A stretch of DNA of 64,000 nt from an uncultured Flavobacteriales bacterium. GTDB lineage: Bacteria > Bacteroidota > Bacteroidia > Flavobacteriales_D > CAJJDF01. The stretch spans positions 9,429 to 73,428 of the forward strand of contig CAKZNB010000030.1 in NCBI GenBank assembly GCA_937129365.1, given 5' to 3'. Both the position numbers and the translations under genes were made by a program. The notes under the pieces are model-generated. The model saw nothing but the letters and a program-made list of their open reading frames with translations, was not told the DNA's origin and did not search any database. Every line of letters starts with the position of its first letter. Position 1 is the stretch's first letter. Below, one piece after another: positions 29,444-38,304 of this stretch.

Positions 29444-31792
29444 ATGCAATTAAAAACACCAATATTTATTTCATTTTTTTTAATGACCTTCTATATTTTT
29501 GGTCAGGGAACAGCTATTGGTAAATGGAAAAGTTACTTCCCCTATAATAATGTAATTGATATAGTAAGCCATAATAAAGTTGCTTACGGAGCAACAAGAA
29601 ATGCAGTAATTATTAGAAATTTTACAGATGGAAGCATTGAAAGATTAACTGAAGTAAATGCTTTATCTGACATCGGACTTTCTTCAATAGGTTATAATTT
29701 AGCGAACAATACACTTATTGTTGGTTACGAAAATGGAAATGTTGACATTATTATCGATAATGAAACCACTAATCTATTTCAAATCAGAGAGAGTAGTATT
29801 GTTGGAGATAAAGCAATTTATGATATTTATTGTAAAGGAAATTTCGCCTATTTATCATGTGGATTTGGGATAGTAGTTTTTGATATTAAAAAAAAGGAAG
29901 TAAAAGACACCTATATAATTGGAGCTGGAGCCTCTCAATTGAGAGTAAATCAATTAATCATTGAAAATAGTACAATCTATGCAGCTACAGAAGATGGACT
30001 CTACACCGCTAATGAAAACAGTGCTTTTTTAACTGATTTTAATTCTTGGACAAAATCAACAACTATTCCCAATTTTAATAACGAACTGAATTCAATAACT
30101 TCTTCTTTAGGAGTAGTTATGGCAAGCTCAATTAATTCAACTTCTTCAGACTCTTTATTTGTTTTAAAATCAGGAAATTGGTCTAGAATCTCAAGTATTT
30201 CTGATAAAAAAAATCTTTCACTTTCCTCGTCAAGTAATGTATTGATGATAAATAAATATGACACTATTTATGTCATGGATACAAATTTGGCAATCACAAA
30301 GACACTAACAAATTATGATGGATTTTGGAGGCCAAAGTGCAATATGATTCAATTTGATGGCAGTCATTTCTATATTGGAGATGCCGAGAATGCTATAGTA
30401 AGAATAAAAGAAAACTTTGATGCAAATTTTGAAAACCCAAAATTTATATACAGCACAAATGTTTTGGATATTGAAGTTGAAGATGGACAGTTATGGGGTT
30501 CTACGGGTTCATTAGTTGGTGGCGGATGGAACAAAACCTACAACAATGATGGTGCTTTTCATTATGATATTCGAGAAAATGTCTGGTCGATTTACAACTT
30601 AGCAAAACAATCAGGAGAGTATTGTTTTCCTAAAAATTCAAGTAATTGTATGAATGATTTTGTGGGTATGATTGTAAATCCCGAAGATCCAAAAAAGGCA
30701 TATGTATGTTCTTTTTCTTTAAAAGGTATTGCTGTTTTACAGAACAAAAAATTAGTAGAAGCCTATGATTCAACTAATTCTTCTATGAGAATAAGCTCTG
30801 TACATAATGATAGATTTGCAGTAAAAGATGGAACTTTTGATGCAAATGGTAATTTGTGGGCAGTAAATTCATGGGTTGAAAACCCGTTATTACTTAAAAC
30901 ATCTTCAGGGGTTTGGAAATCATTTGATTGTGGAACTGCAAATAAAAATAAAATTGGAGCATCGGTTACAATTGATGAGCTTAACAACTATAAATGGATA
31001 ATTTTTAAAGATGACAAGCTTGTAGTTTATAATGATAATGGCACTCTTTTGGATGAAACAGATGACCAATTTAAAGAGATTTCAAATGGAGCTGCAAAAG
31101 GCAATTTAGAGTCTTCACCTATTTGCATTGCTGAAGATAGAGATGGAGAAATGTGGATTGGGACGGAAGAAGGGGTTTATGTTTTTTACAATCCTTCTGA
31201 CTTATTTTCGGCATCAAGTTTTTCAGTTGAAAAAATAAAGGTAACACTTGACGGAAATGTAGAGTTACTATTAGAAAATGAGCGTGTTACAACAATTGCT
31301 ATTGATGGAGGGAATAGAAAATGGATTGGTACCGAAGGTTCAGGTATATTTGTTCTTTCTCCTGATGGCACAAGTCAAATTTTAGGATTTACCACTGAAA
31401 ACAGCCCTCTTTTATCAAATAATATTAATGATATTGCAATCGATCATGAAACAGGTGAAGTATTTATTTCGACTGATAGAGGTTTAATTTCTTATAAAGG
31501 AGAAGCCACAGAACCTCAAGAAGCATTTTTGGATGTATATGCTTATCCAAATCCAGTTTCACCAGATTATACAGGAAAAATAGCTATTAAAGGCTTAATT
31601 GCAGACTCGGATGTAAGGATTACTGATATTTCAGGAAATGTAGTTTTCAATACTGTTTCTATAGGTGGGCAGGCAATTTGGAACGGAAATAAATTGGATG
31701 GAACCAAAGCAAGCACAGGTATTTATTTAGTTTTTATGACTGCTCCAGATGGCTCCTCAAAACAAGTGACCAAAATTCTTTTCATGAATTAA
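29444..31792 (+). CDS. two-component-regulator-propeller repeat protein with T9SS C-terminal domain (PorZ-like)
   Basis: 782 aa with signal peptide. Reg_prop-like repeats: IAEDRDGEMWIGTEEGVYVF, IAIDGGNRKWIGTEGSGIFVL, IAIDHETGEVFISTDRGLISY. C-terminal YPNPVSPDYTGKIAIKGL...GIYLVFM...KILFMN resembles a T9SS CTD. Size and architecture match P. gingivalis PorZ (776 aa). Confidence 0.55.
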   Translation: MQLKTPIFISFFLMTFYIFGQGTAIGKWKSYFPYNNVIDIVSHNKVAYGATRNAVIIRNFTDGSIERLTEVNALSDIGLSSIGYNLANNTLIVGYENGNVDIIIDNETTNLFQIRESSIVGDKAIYDIYCKGNFAYLSCGFGIVVFDIKKKEVKDTYIIGAGASQLRVNQLIIENSTIYAATEDGLYTANENSAFLTDFNSWTKSTTIPNFNNELNSITSSLGVVMASSINSTSSDSLFVLKSGNWSRISSISDKKNLSLSSSSNVLMINKYDTIYVMDTNLAITKTLTNYDGFWRPKCNMIQFDGSHFYIGDAENAIVRIKENFDANFENPKFIYSTNVLDIEVEDGQLWGSTGSLVGGGWNKTYNNDGAFHYDIRENVWSIYNLAKQSGEYCFPKNSSNCMNDFVGMIVNPEDPKKAYVCSFSLKGIAVLQNKKLVEAYDSTNSSMRISSVHNDRFAVKDGTFDANGNLWAVNSWVENPLLLKTSSGVWKSFDCGTANKNKIGASVTIDELNNYKWIIFKDDKLVVYNDNGTLLDETDDQFKEISNGAAKGNLESSPICIAEDRDGEMWIGTEEGVYVFYNPSDLFSASSFSVEKIKVTLDGNVELLLENERVTTIAIDGGNRKWIGTEGSGIFVLSPDGTSQILGFTTENSPLLSNNINDIAIDHETGEVFISTDRGLISYKGEATEPQEAFLDVYAYPNPVSPDYTGKIAIKGLIADSDVRITDISGNVVFNTVSIGGQAIWNGNKLDGTKASTGIYLVFMTAPDGSSKQVTKILFMN

Positions 31793-31843
31793 GGCTTTCG
31801 GTAGAATAAATTCTTGTAAGTTAGCAAGGAATTTTTTCTGAAA

Positions 31844-33649
31844 ATGAAATCAAAAGCAATCAATTTTATATCAAGCAAATCAGCAATAGTTACCCTATTG
31901 CTAATTACTGTATTAATTGTTTTTAGGCTGTCTAATGTATCAGAGAGAGAGACTTCTTGGGATGTTCTTGGCTATTATTTACCATTGCCAGCAACCTTTG
32001 TTTATGATGATCCACTCATGGAAAACAGAGAATGGATAGAGCAGATTAACGAAGAAAAAGAGCTTACCGGAACGCTTTATCAAATCTCCTCAACTCCCGA
32101 TGGAGAACCTATGTATTTTTTCTTGTTAGGAATGGCTTTTTTATACCTTCCCTTCTTCCTTTTGGGGCATGGTTCGGCTTTTTTATTTGGGTATCCTGCG
32201 GATGGATTTAGTATGCCTTATCAATACGCAATGGTAGTTGGAGGTTTGTTTTACACTATTTTAGGATTGTTGTATCTGCGAAAAATTTTACTACAATATG
32301 TTCCAGATAAAATAGCAGCATTTGTAATTATAATAGTTGTTTTGGCAACCAATTACTCTCATCATTTATCACTCAAAAACCTTGAAACAGTAAATGTTTT
32401 GTTTCTGTTTGTGTGCCTTATAATTTGGAATACTATCCAATGGCACAAGACCCAGAAACTCAAAAATTTGCTAGCAATAGGGGGATTTATTACCATTATG
32501 TCATTAGTAAAACCTAGTGAAGTTTTAATTGTATTAATCCCTATTTTCTTTGGGGTGTATTCAAAATCAACTCTACTTGAGAAGTGGGAATTAATAAAGA
32601 AACACAAGCTTCAATTTTTGTGGATGATAGGAGTTTGCCTCATAGTTGCATTGCCTCAAATGAGTTATTGGTATGTAAAAACTGGTAAATTATTTTATGA
32701 TAGTTACATTAACCCTGGCGTAGGATTAGATGTGTTTTCACCTTATGTTTTTGAATCCTTATTTAGTTACAAAAAAGGATGGTTAATATACACTCCAGTT
32801 ATGATATTGAGTTTAATTGGTTTTTATTATTTATTCAAAAATCATAGAAAATCTGCTATTGCTTACACATCTTATTTTGTGGTAACCACCTATATAATTT
32901 TTAGTTGGACGGAGTGGTGGTATGGAGCAGGATTTTCAAACAGGCCACTCATTACAACTTATCCAATTTTGGCGATATCCTTGGGGTTATTTTTGACTCA
33001 ATTGCTTGAAAAATCTAAAGTTTTAAGAATAGGAGTTTTAGTATTTGTTATTCTATGTTTGTCGCTGAATCAGTTCCAATGGTGGCAATTAAGAAACGGA
33101 ATTTTAGAACCTTACAGAACCACCAAAGAGTATTATTGGGTATCTTTTCTTAAGACTTCGGTGACTGATACGGATAAAGAATTACTTACTGTATTTCGCG
33201 ATTTTGATGGGGTTCACAAATTTTCTAATAAGAGTGAGTACAAGATGGTATCAGAGGAGAATATTGACTTTGATGATATGGTGAATGGTTTTAATTTCAC
33301 CCCTGAAATAGAATTTTCTCCATCTTATGAAAAACCTTTTAAAGAAATAACAACTAAAGACCATATTTGGGTTGAGGTAAAAGTGGTATATAGAGGAAAA
33401 GAACTTTCAGAAGAAAAAATGCCATTAATTGTAACTCACATGAATCGAAGAGAAGGTGCCTACGGTTATTACACCACAAAGATTCCTTCAAGAACCTTTC
33501 TAGATAGAGACTTTGCTGTTTTTACAGCTCAATATATGACTCCAAATATCAGGAATGTCAATGATACATTAAAAATCTATGTTTGGAACAAGGATAGATT
33601 AAATATTGAAATTGCTAACATAAAAGTTAAAGTATTTGAAAGAAAATAA
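31844..33649 (+). CDS. large polytopic membrane protein, GT-C-fold glycosyltransferase-like (ArnT/PMT-like), putative
   Basis: 601 aa. More than 10 hydrophobic segments followed by a ~170-aa soluble C-terminus. The first loop is ETSWDVLGYYLPLPATFVYDDP. Family not confirmed. Confidence 0.4.
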   Translation: MKSKAINFISSKSAIVTLLLITVLIVFRLSNVSERETSWDVLGYYLPLPATFVYDDPLMENREWIEQINEEKELTGTLYQISSTPDGEPMYFFLLGMAFLYLPFFLLGHGSAFLFGYPADGFSMPYQYAMVVGGLFYTILGLLYLRKILLQYVPDKIAAFVIIIVVLATNYSHHLSLKNLETVNVLFLFVCLIIWNTIQWHKTQKLKNLLAIGGFITIMSLVKPSEVLIVLIPIFFGVYSKSTLLEKWELIKKHKLQFLWMIGVCLIVALPQMSYWYVKTGKLFYDSYINPGVGLDVFSPYVFESLFSYKKGWLIYTPVMILSLIGFYYLFKNHRKSAIAYTSYFVVTTYIIFSWTEWWYGAGFSNRPLITTYPILAISLGLFLTQLLEKSKVLRIGVLVFVILCLSLNQFQWWQLRNGILEPYRTTKEYYWVSFLKTSVTDTDKELLTVFRDFDGVHKFSNKSEYKMVSEENIDFDDMVNGFNFTPEIEFSPSYEKPFKEITTKDHIWVEVKVVYRGKELSEEKMPLIVTHMNRREGAYGYYTTKIPSRTFLDRDFAVFTAQYMTPNIRNVNDTLKIYVWNKDRLNIEIANIKVKVFERK

Positions 33650-35084
33650 ACTATATAATTTTTTTAAAACCAATTGGGAATTTACAATTTCGGCAATTGG
33701 GCTTACTGTACTCATTTTATTTTCTTTGGATCATATTTTCTTTTGGGATACAGTACAATTAGCTTCAAAACACGCAACTTTTTATTACGATAATGAGTTA
33801 AAGTTAGCCCTCCTGCCAGATGAAATAGATAGTGGACACATACCTACTTTTGGTTATTTATTGGCAGTTCTTTGGACTATTTTTGGTAAAAGTTTATGGA
33901 TTAGCCACCTTTTTATTCTTCCATTTGCTATCGGAATAGCCTGGCAATTGAATAAATTAGTAAGGCACTATTTTGATAAACAGCATCATATTTGGGTAAT
34001 GCTAATTGTTTTAGCAGACACTACTTTTTTGAGTCAAGCTTCACTTGTTTCCCCAGATATTCCTTTGTTGTTTTTCTTTTTGCTGGGATTAAATTCAATT
34101 GTTTTTGATAATAAAAAACTCAAAGCATTAGCTTTTGCTTGCCTGTTTTTAGTAAGCTTAAGAGGAATGATACTCACAGTTCCATTATTTTTATTTGATG
34201 TATTTTTGAATCTCAATCTAAAAGTAAATTTAAAAAACAAAGTAGTTGATTTGGTAAAAATAGGGTTGCCTTATTTACCAGCTGCATTAATTTTTATTCT
34301 CTTTAGCTGGTTTCATTTTAATCAAAAAGGCTGGATAGGTTACCATGAAAACTCTCCTTGGGCAATATTTTTTGAAAGAGTAGGAGTAGACGGAATGATA
34401 AAAAACACAGCAATATTTGGTTGGAGATTGTTAGATTTTGGTCGAATAGCTTTATGGATTATTGGCATTATTTTAGTCCCAACTTTATGGAAAAAAAGAA
34501 AATTATTGGATAAAAAAACTAAACAATTAGGTGCTTTAGCCTTTTTGATTTTAGCCTTTTTATCAATCCCGGCAATTATTTATTTTGACTTAAAAGGACA
34601 TAGATACTTCATGCCTATTTACTTTTCTATTTCTATTTTTATTTGTTACGCTTTATTCCAAATTATTGAAAATAAAACTTTCAAAATAATTGGAGGCTTT
34701 TTTGTCTTAATTAGTTTAATATCAGGTAGTTTTTGGGTGTATCCTGATAAAATTTCCCAAGGATGGGATTCAACTCTGGGGCATTTACCTTATTATAATT
34801 TGAGAGAAAAAATGATTCAATTTATGGATAAAAATGGAATTGATAAAGCAAAAGTTGGGTTTGATTTTCCCGGTGCTTATCCTCAAAAATACCTGAATTT
34901 ATCTAATGAAACATGGAGTTTTCCTGAAGTTGATTTCAAAAAACAACAATACATTCTTTACTCAAATGCAGTGAATGAATTTACAGATTTAGAATTGCAA
35001 GAATTAGATAAAAGTTGGAAACTAATTCATTCTGAAAATTCAAAAACCATTAAATTCAGACTCTATCATAACCCTCAATTATAG
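33636..35084 (+). CDS. polytopic membrane protein, glycosyltransferase family 39 / ArnT-like, putative
   Basis: 482 aa, more than 10 TM segments. TTG start overlaps the upstream stop by 14 nt, and there is no in-frame ATG for roughly the first 110 codons. Confidence 0.45.
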   Translation: MKENKLYNFFKTNWEFTISAIGLTVLILFSLDHIFFWDTVQLASKHATFYYDNELKLALLPDEIDSGHIPTFGYLLAVLWTIFGKSLWISHLFILPFAIGIAWQLNKLVRHYFDKQHHIWVMLIVLADTTFLSQASLVSPDIPLLFFFLLGLNSIVFDNKKLKALAFACLFLVSLRGMILTVPLFLFDVFLNLNLKVNLKNKVVDLVKIGLPYLPAALIFILFSWFHFNQKGWIGYHENSPWAIFFERVGVDGMIKNTAIFGWRLLDFGRIALWIIGIILVPTLWKKRKLLDKKTKQLGALAFLILAFLSIPAIIYFDLKGHRYFMPIYFSISIFICYALFQIIENKTFKIIGGFFVLISLISGSFWVYPDKISQGWDSTLGHLPYYNLREKMIQFMDKNGIDKAKVGFDFPGAYPQKYLNLSNETWSFPEVDFKKQQYILYSNAVNEFTDLELQELDKSWKLIHSENSKTIKFRLYHNPQL

Positions 35085-35145
35085 TTAATAGTAAGCAATT
35101 TCAGTTTTTTTTATTATTTTAGGGGCGTAATTAAGAAAAAAATCC

Positions 35146-35886
35146 ATGCCAAGACCAATATCATGTATTATTGTAGATGATGATGAAACATCAAGGTTTA
35201 TTCTCACAAACCTGATTAAGAAAAACGGTTCGCTTAATCTAATCAAAGCTTGTTCCAATGCTGTTGAAGCTAGAGAAACGATTGATGAACATGAAGTTGA
35301 AATAATGTTTTTGGATATTGAGATGCCTTATGAAAATGGATTGGAAATGCTTTACAAACTTGAGCATAAACCCGAGATAATATTTATTACATCACAAACA
35401 AAGCATGCTATAAAAGCATTTGAATTCGATGCAATAGATTACATTGTGAAACCTATAGACCTTGATAGATTGAACAGTGGAGTAGAAAAAGCAAAAAGAA
35501 GAATTTTTGGAAACCCAAATTTAGAGAAAATAAACGAGGAAGACGAGGAGTTTATTCTCATCAAAAAGAATAGAGAAACTCAAAAAGTTCCTTATAGAAA
35601 TATAGGATATATTGAAGGTTCAAGCAGTTACATTACTTACTGTACTACGGAAGGTAAAATTACCACAACAGGGATATTAAAACAAGTAGAGGAAACTTTA
35701 AATCCAAAGGTTTTTGTTCGAGTTCACAGGTCATTTATAGTTAATATAAATAAGGTTACAAAACTTGGTTCTCAAGAAGTAGCAATCAGAAATACATCAA
35801 TTCCATTATCTCGAAAATACAAAAAAGAAGTAAAAGAGATTTTTGATGACCTTAACAAAGTGGTTCATGAGAATAGCACTAATTGA
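35146..35886 (+). CDS. LytTR-family response regulator (REC + LytTR DNA-binding domain)
   Basis: IIVDDDETSRF...MFLDIEMPYENGLE...IVKPI receiver domain. C-terminal VRVHRSFIVNINKV LytTR motif. Confidence 0.85.
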   Translation: MPRPISCIIVDDDETSRFILTNLIKKNGSLNLIKACSNAVEARETIDEHEVEIMFLDIEMPYENGLEMLYKLEHKPEIIFITSQTKHAIKAFEFDAIDYIVKPIDLDRLNSGVEKAKRRIFGNPNLEKINEEDEEFILIKKNRETQKVPYRNIGYIEGSSSYITYCTTEGKITTTGILKQVEETLNPKVFVRVHRSFIVNINKVTKLGSQEVAIRNTSIPLSRKYKKEVKEIFDDLNKVVHENSTN

Positions 35887-36223
35887 TGATGATGCAACCA
35901 CTAATTTTATTAATAAGAATAAACTTAGAAAAGAAATAGAAGGTTGTGAAGTATTTCCTTTTGGAAATGGCAAAGAAGCTATAGATTTTCTTATCGAAGG
36001 AAACAAAGTTGACATTGCACTTCTTGATATGAACATGCCAATAATGAATGGATTGGAATTTATAAAAAACCATTCTGAATTGCCTCAGGAAAAACAAATA
36101 ACAAAAGTTTTTTTGTTTGTAGAACAAGGAGCTCACAAAGAGTTCAAAGAGAAATATAAGTTACATCAAGTATTGCAAAAACCACTCACAAAAGAGATAA
36201 TTCAACTGATAACCAGTGATTAA
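35867..36223 (+). CDS. stand-alone receiver (CheY-like) response regulator
   Basis: MRIALIDDDATTNF...ALLDMNMPIMNGLEF...LQKPL. I prefer the ATG at 35867 (20-nt overlap with the upstream gene) to the track start at 35843. Confidence 0.75.
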   Translation: MRIALIDDDATTNFINKNKLRKEIEGCEVFPFGNGKEAIDFLIEGNKVDIALLDMNMPIMNGLEFIKNHSELPQEKQITKVFLFVEQGAHKEFKEKYKLHQVLQKPLTKEIIQLITSD

Positions 36224-36545
36224 AAAAAGTATACTTAACGAGTTAGGTGAAGATATTTATGTTCAAGCCTTAGAAATTTTTTTGCGTAACGCAGAGAAAG
36301 ATTTTAACCTGCTTAATCTATACATAGAAACCAAAGACTATTCAAATGCAAAATTATTAAGTCACAAATTAATAGGTAGCTGTGAAGCAGTTGGAATAAA
36401 AAAACTTCCAGTTTTGCTAAGAGAAGCGGATGAAAATTTAGTTAAAAGATACGTTAGAAAAGAAAATCTAGATGATATTAATCAATTATTTATTGAATTT
36501 AAAAAATACCTAAAATCCAACTACGAATTAGAAATTGAGAGTTAA
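36216..36545 (+). CDS. Hpt (histidine phosphotransfer) domain protein
   Basis: 109 aa. LSHKLIGSCEAVGIKKL matches the Hpt HxxKGS phospho-His motif. GTG start overlaps the REC gene stop by 8 nt. Confidence 0.65.
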   Translation: MIKKSILNELGEDIYVQALEIFLRNAEKDFNLLNLYIETKDYSNAKLLSHKLIGSCEAVGIKKLPVLLREADENLVKRYVRKENLDDINQLFIEFKKYLKSNYELEIES

Positions 36546-36602
36546 AATTCGGAATAAGGAATAAAATTTAGTTACTTTGAGTAGTAAATTTTAGAACACA
36601 TA

Positions 36603-37571
36603 ATGGCACGAATTTTAACAGGGATACAAAGTACAGGAACTCCACATTTAGGAAATCTTTTAGGAGCAATAATTCCCGCAATCAAAATGTCGGAAGATAA
36701 AGAGAATGAATCATTTTTATTTATTGCTAATCTCCATACTTTGACTCAAATAAAAGATGCAGAGATTCTTAAAACTAACACATTAAATACAGCTGCAGCT
36801 TGGTTGGCTTGCGGTCTTGATGTAAATAAAACAGTATTTTATCGCCAAAGTGACATTCCTCAAGTAACTGAACTAACTTGGTATTTGAATTGTTTTTTTC
36901 CATACCAAAGATTAAAATTAGCTCATTCATTTAAAGATAAAGCGGATAGATTAGAAGATGTAAACGCAGGTTTATTCGATTACCCAATGTTGATGGCTGC
37001 TGATATTTTATTATACGATTCGGAGATTATTCCTGTAGGAAAAGATCAGTTACAGCATATCGAAATGGCCAGAGATGTGGCTAGTAGATTTAACAACCAG
37101 ATGGGAGAAACATTGGTATTGCCTGAGCCAAAAATACAAGAAGACACAATGCTTATTCCTGGAACTGATGGTTCTAAGATGAGTAAATCGAAGAATAATG
37201 TGATTAATATTTTCTTGGCTGACAAGAAATTACGCAAGCAAATAATGGGAATTGAAACCGATAGTACTCCTCTTGAAGACCCTAAGAATCCTGATACTTG
37301 TAATTGTTTTACTTTGTATAAACTGCTTGCCTCTGAGGAACAAATAGTTGAAATGAGAAAGAATTATCAAGCTGGTGGCTATGGTTACGGACATGCTAAA
37401 CAAGCTCTTTTTGAATTGATTACAGAAAATTTTAAAGAAGAAAGAGAGAGATTTAACCATTTTGTAGAAAACCCAAATTTGGTAGAAGAACAACTAAAAA
37501 TTGGTGCTGAAAAAGCTAGAAAAATAGCCGATGAAGTGCTGGAAAAAGTCAGAGTTAAGTTGGGTTATTAA
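36603..37571 (+). CDS. trpS: tryptophan--tRNA ligase
   Basis: 322 aa. GIQSTGTPHLGNLLGA (HIGH-type) and KMSKS motifs. Confidence 0.95.
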   Translation: MARILTGIQSTGTPHLGNLLGAIIPAIKMSEDKENESFLFIANLHTLTQIKDAEILKTNTLNTAAAWLACGLDVNKTVFYRQSDIPQVTELTWYLNCFFPYQRLKLAHSFKDKADRLEDVNAGLFDYPMLMAADILLYDSEIIPVGKDQLQHIEMARDVASRFNNQMGETLVLPEPKIQEDTMLIPGTDGSKMSKSKNNVINIFLADKKLRKQIMGIETDSTPLEDPKNPDTCNCFTLYKLLASEEQIVEMRKNYQAGGYGYGHAKQALFELITENFKEERERFNHFVENPNLVEEQLKIGAEKARKIADEVLEKVRVKLGY

Positions 37572-37593
37572 ATTTTGACAATTACCTTTTTCC

Positions 37594-37750
37594 ATTTGTC
37601 ATTCCGCACTTGATGCGGAATCTAAAACAGATACTGATTTGGTTATTAATTAACAGATTCTGAATCAAGTTCAGAACATCTGTTTTTTTTAATATTAGTA
37701 ATTTGAGAAATTCTCGAATTAAGATTCCCATTTTCATGGGAATGACAAAT
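37594..37750. repeat. cluster of three REP-like hairpins bounded by the 12-nt inverted repeat atttgtcattcc / ggaatgacaaat
   Basis: Hairpin 1: attccgca-cttga-tgcggaat (37601-37621). Hairpin 2 is the trpS terminator. Hairpin 3: attcccat-tttc-atgggaat (37724-37743). The outer 12-mers are exact reverse complements. Confidence 0.6.
37653..37690 (+). terminator. rho-independent terminator of trpS
   Basis: acagattctgaa / ttcaga(ac)atctgt stem (12 bp, 2-nt bulge), 5-nt loop, followed by T8. Confidence 0.7.
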
Positions 37751-37824
37751 GTGTTTGATTAGTAAGTTTTAAACCTGAGGGTTTTATCTTTTTTTCAGAA
37801 ACAAAATATTTTGAAAGATGAATC

Positions 37825-38304
37825 CTAAAACAACCCCTTTTCCTCTTTCTGAGAATCCTCATACCCCTGATCCACTAATAAGTCTTTACCATTGGCAGCA
37901 GCAACTGCAAGTTGGTCGCAAACCTCATTGTATTTGTTTCCTGCGTGTCCTTTTACCCATACAAATTCAACTTCATGTTTTGGGTAAATTAATAAAAACC
38001 GTTTCCACAAATCGGCATTTTTCTTGCCTTTAAAATTCTTTTTCACCCAGCCAAACACCCATTTTTTCTCTACAGAATCTACCACATATTTACTGTCTGA
38101 AAATATACGGACTTTATATCCGGGTTTCTTTAACATTTCAAGAGCTACAATTACACTTAGCAACTCCATTCGGTTGTTAGTTGTGTGGCGAAATCCCTCT
38201 TTTACTTCTTTGTAATGCTTCCCTGCCATTAGCACAATTCCGTAACCACCAGGACCAGGATTTCCTAATGCAGAACCATCGGTATATATATTTACATGAC
38301 TCAT
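37825..38304 (-). CDS. rnhA: ribonuclease HI
   Basis: 159 aa. IYTDGSALGNPGPGGYG, TNNRMEL, VKGHAGNKYNEVCDQLA. Confidence 0.92.
   Translation of the reverse strand: MSHVNIYTDGSALGNPGPGGYGIVLMAGKHYKEVKEGFRHTTNNRMELLSVIVALEMLKKPGYKVRIFSDSKYVVDSVEKKWVFGWVKKNFKGKKNADLWKRFLLIYPKHEVEFVWVKGHAGNKYNEVCDQLAVAAANGKDLLVDQGYEDSQKEEKGLF

Noticed and set aside
35806-36136. Minus-strand ORFs 35806..36036 and 35879..36136.
   Set aside because: They are antisense to the REC/LytTR genes and have a low-complexity Phe/Lys/Ile-rich composition typical of AT-rich shadow frames.
37594-37750. Calling the inverted-repeat-bounded module a bona fide MITE or mobile element.
   Set aside because: I can see no target-site duplication (flanks tcc vs gtg), there is no transposase in the window, and only one copy is visible. 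It is kept as a REP-like repeat only.
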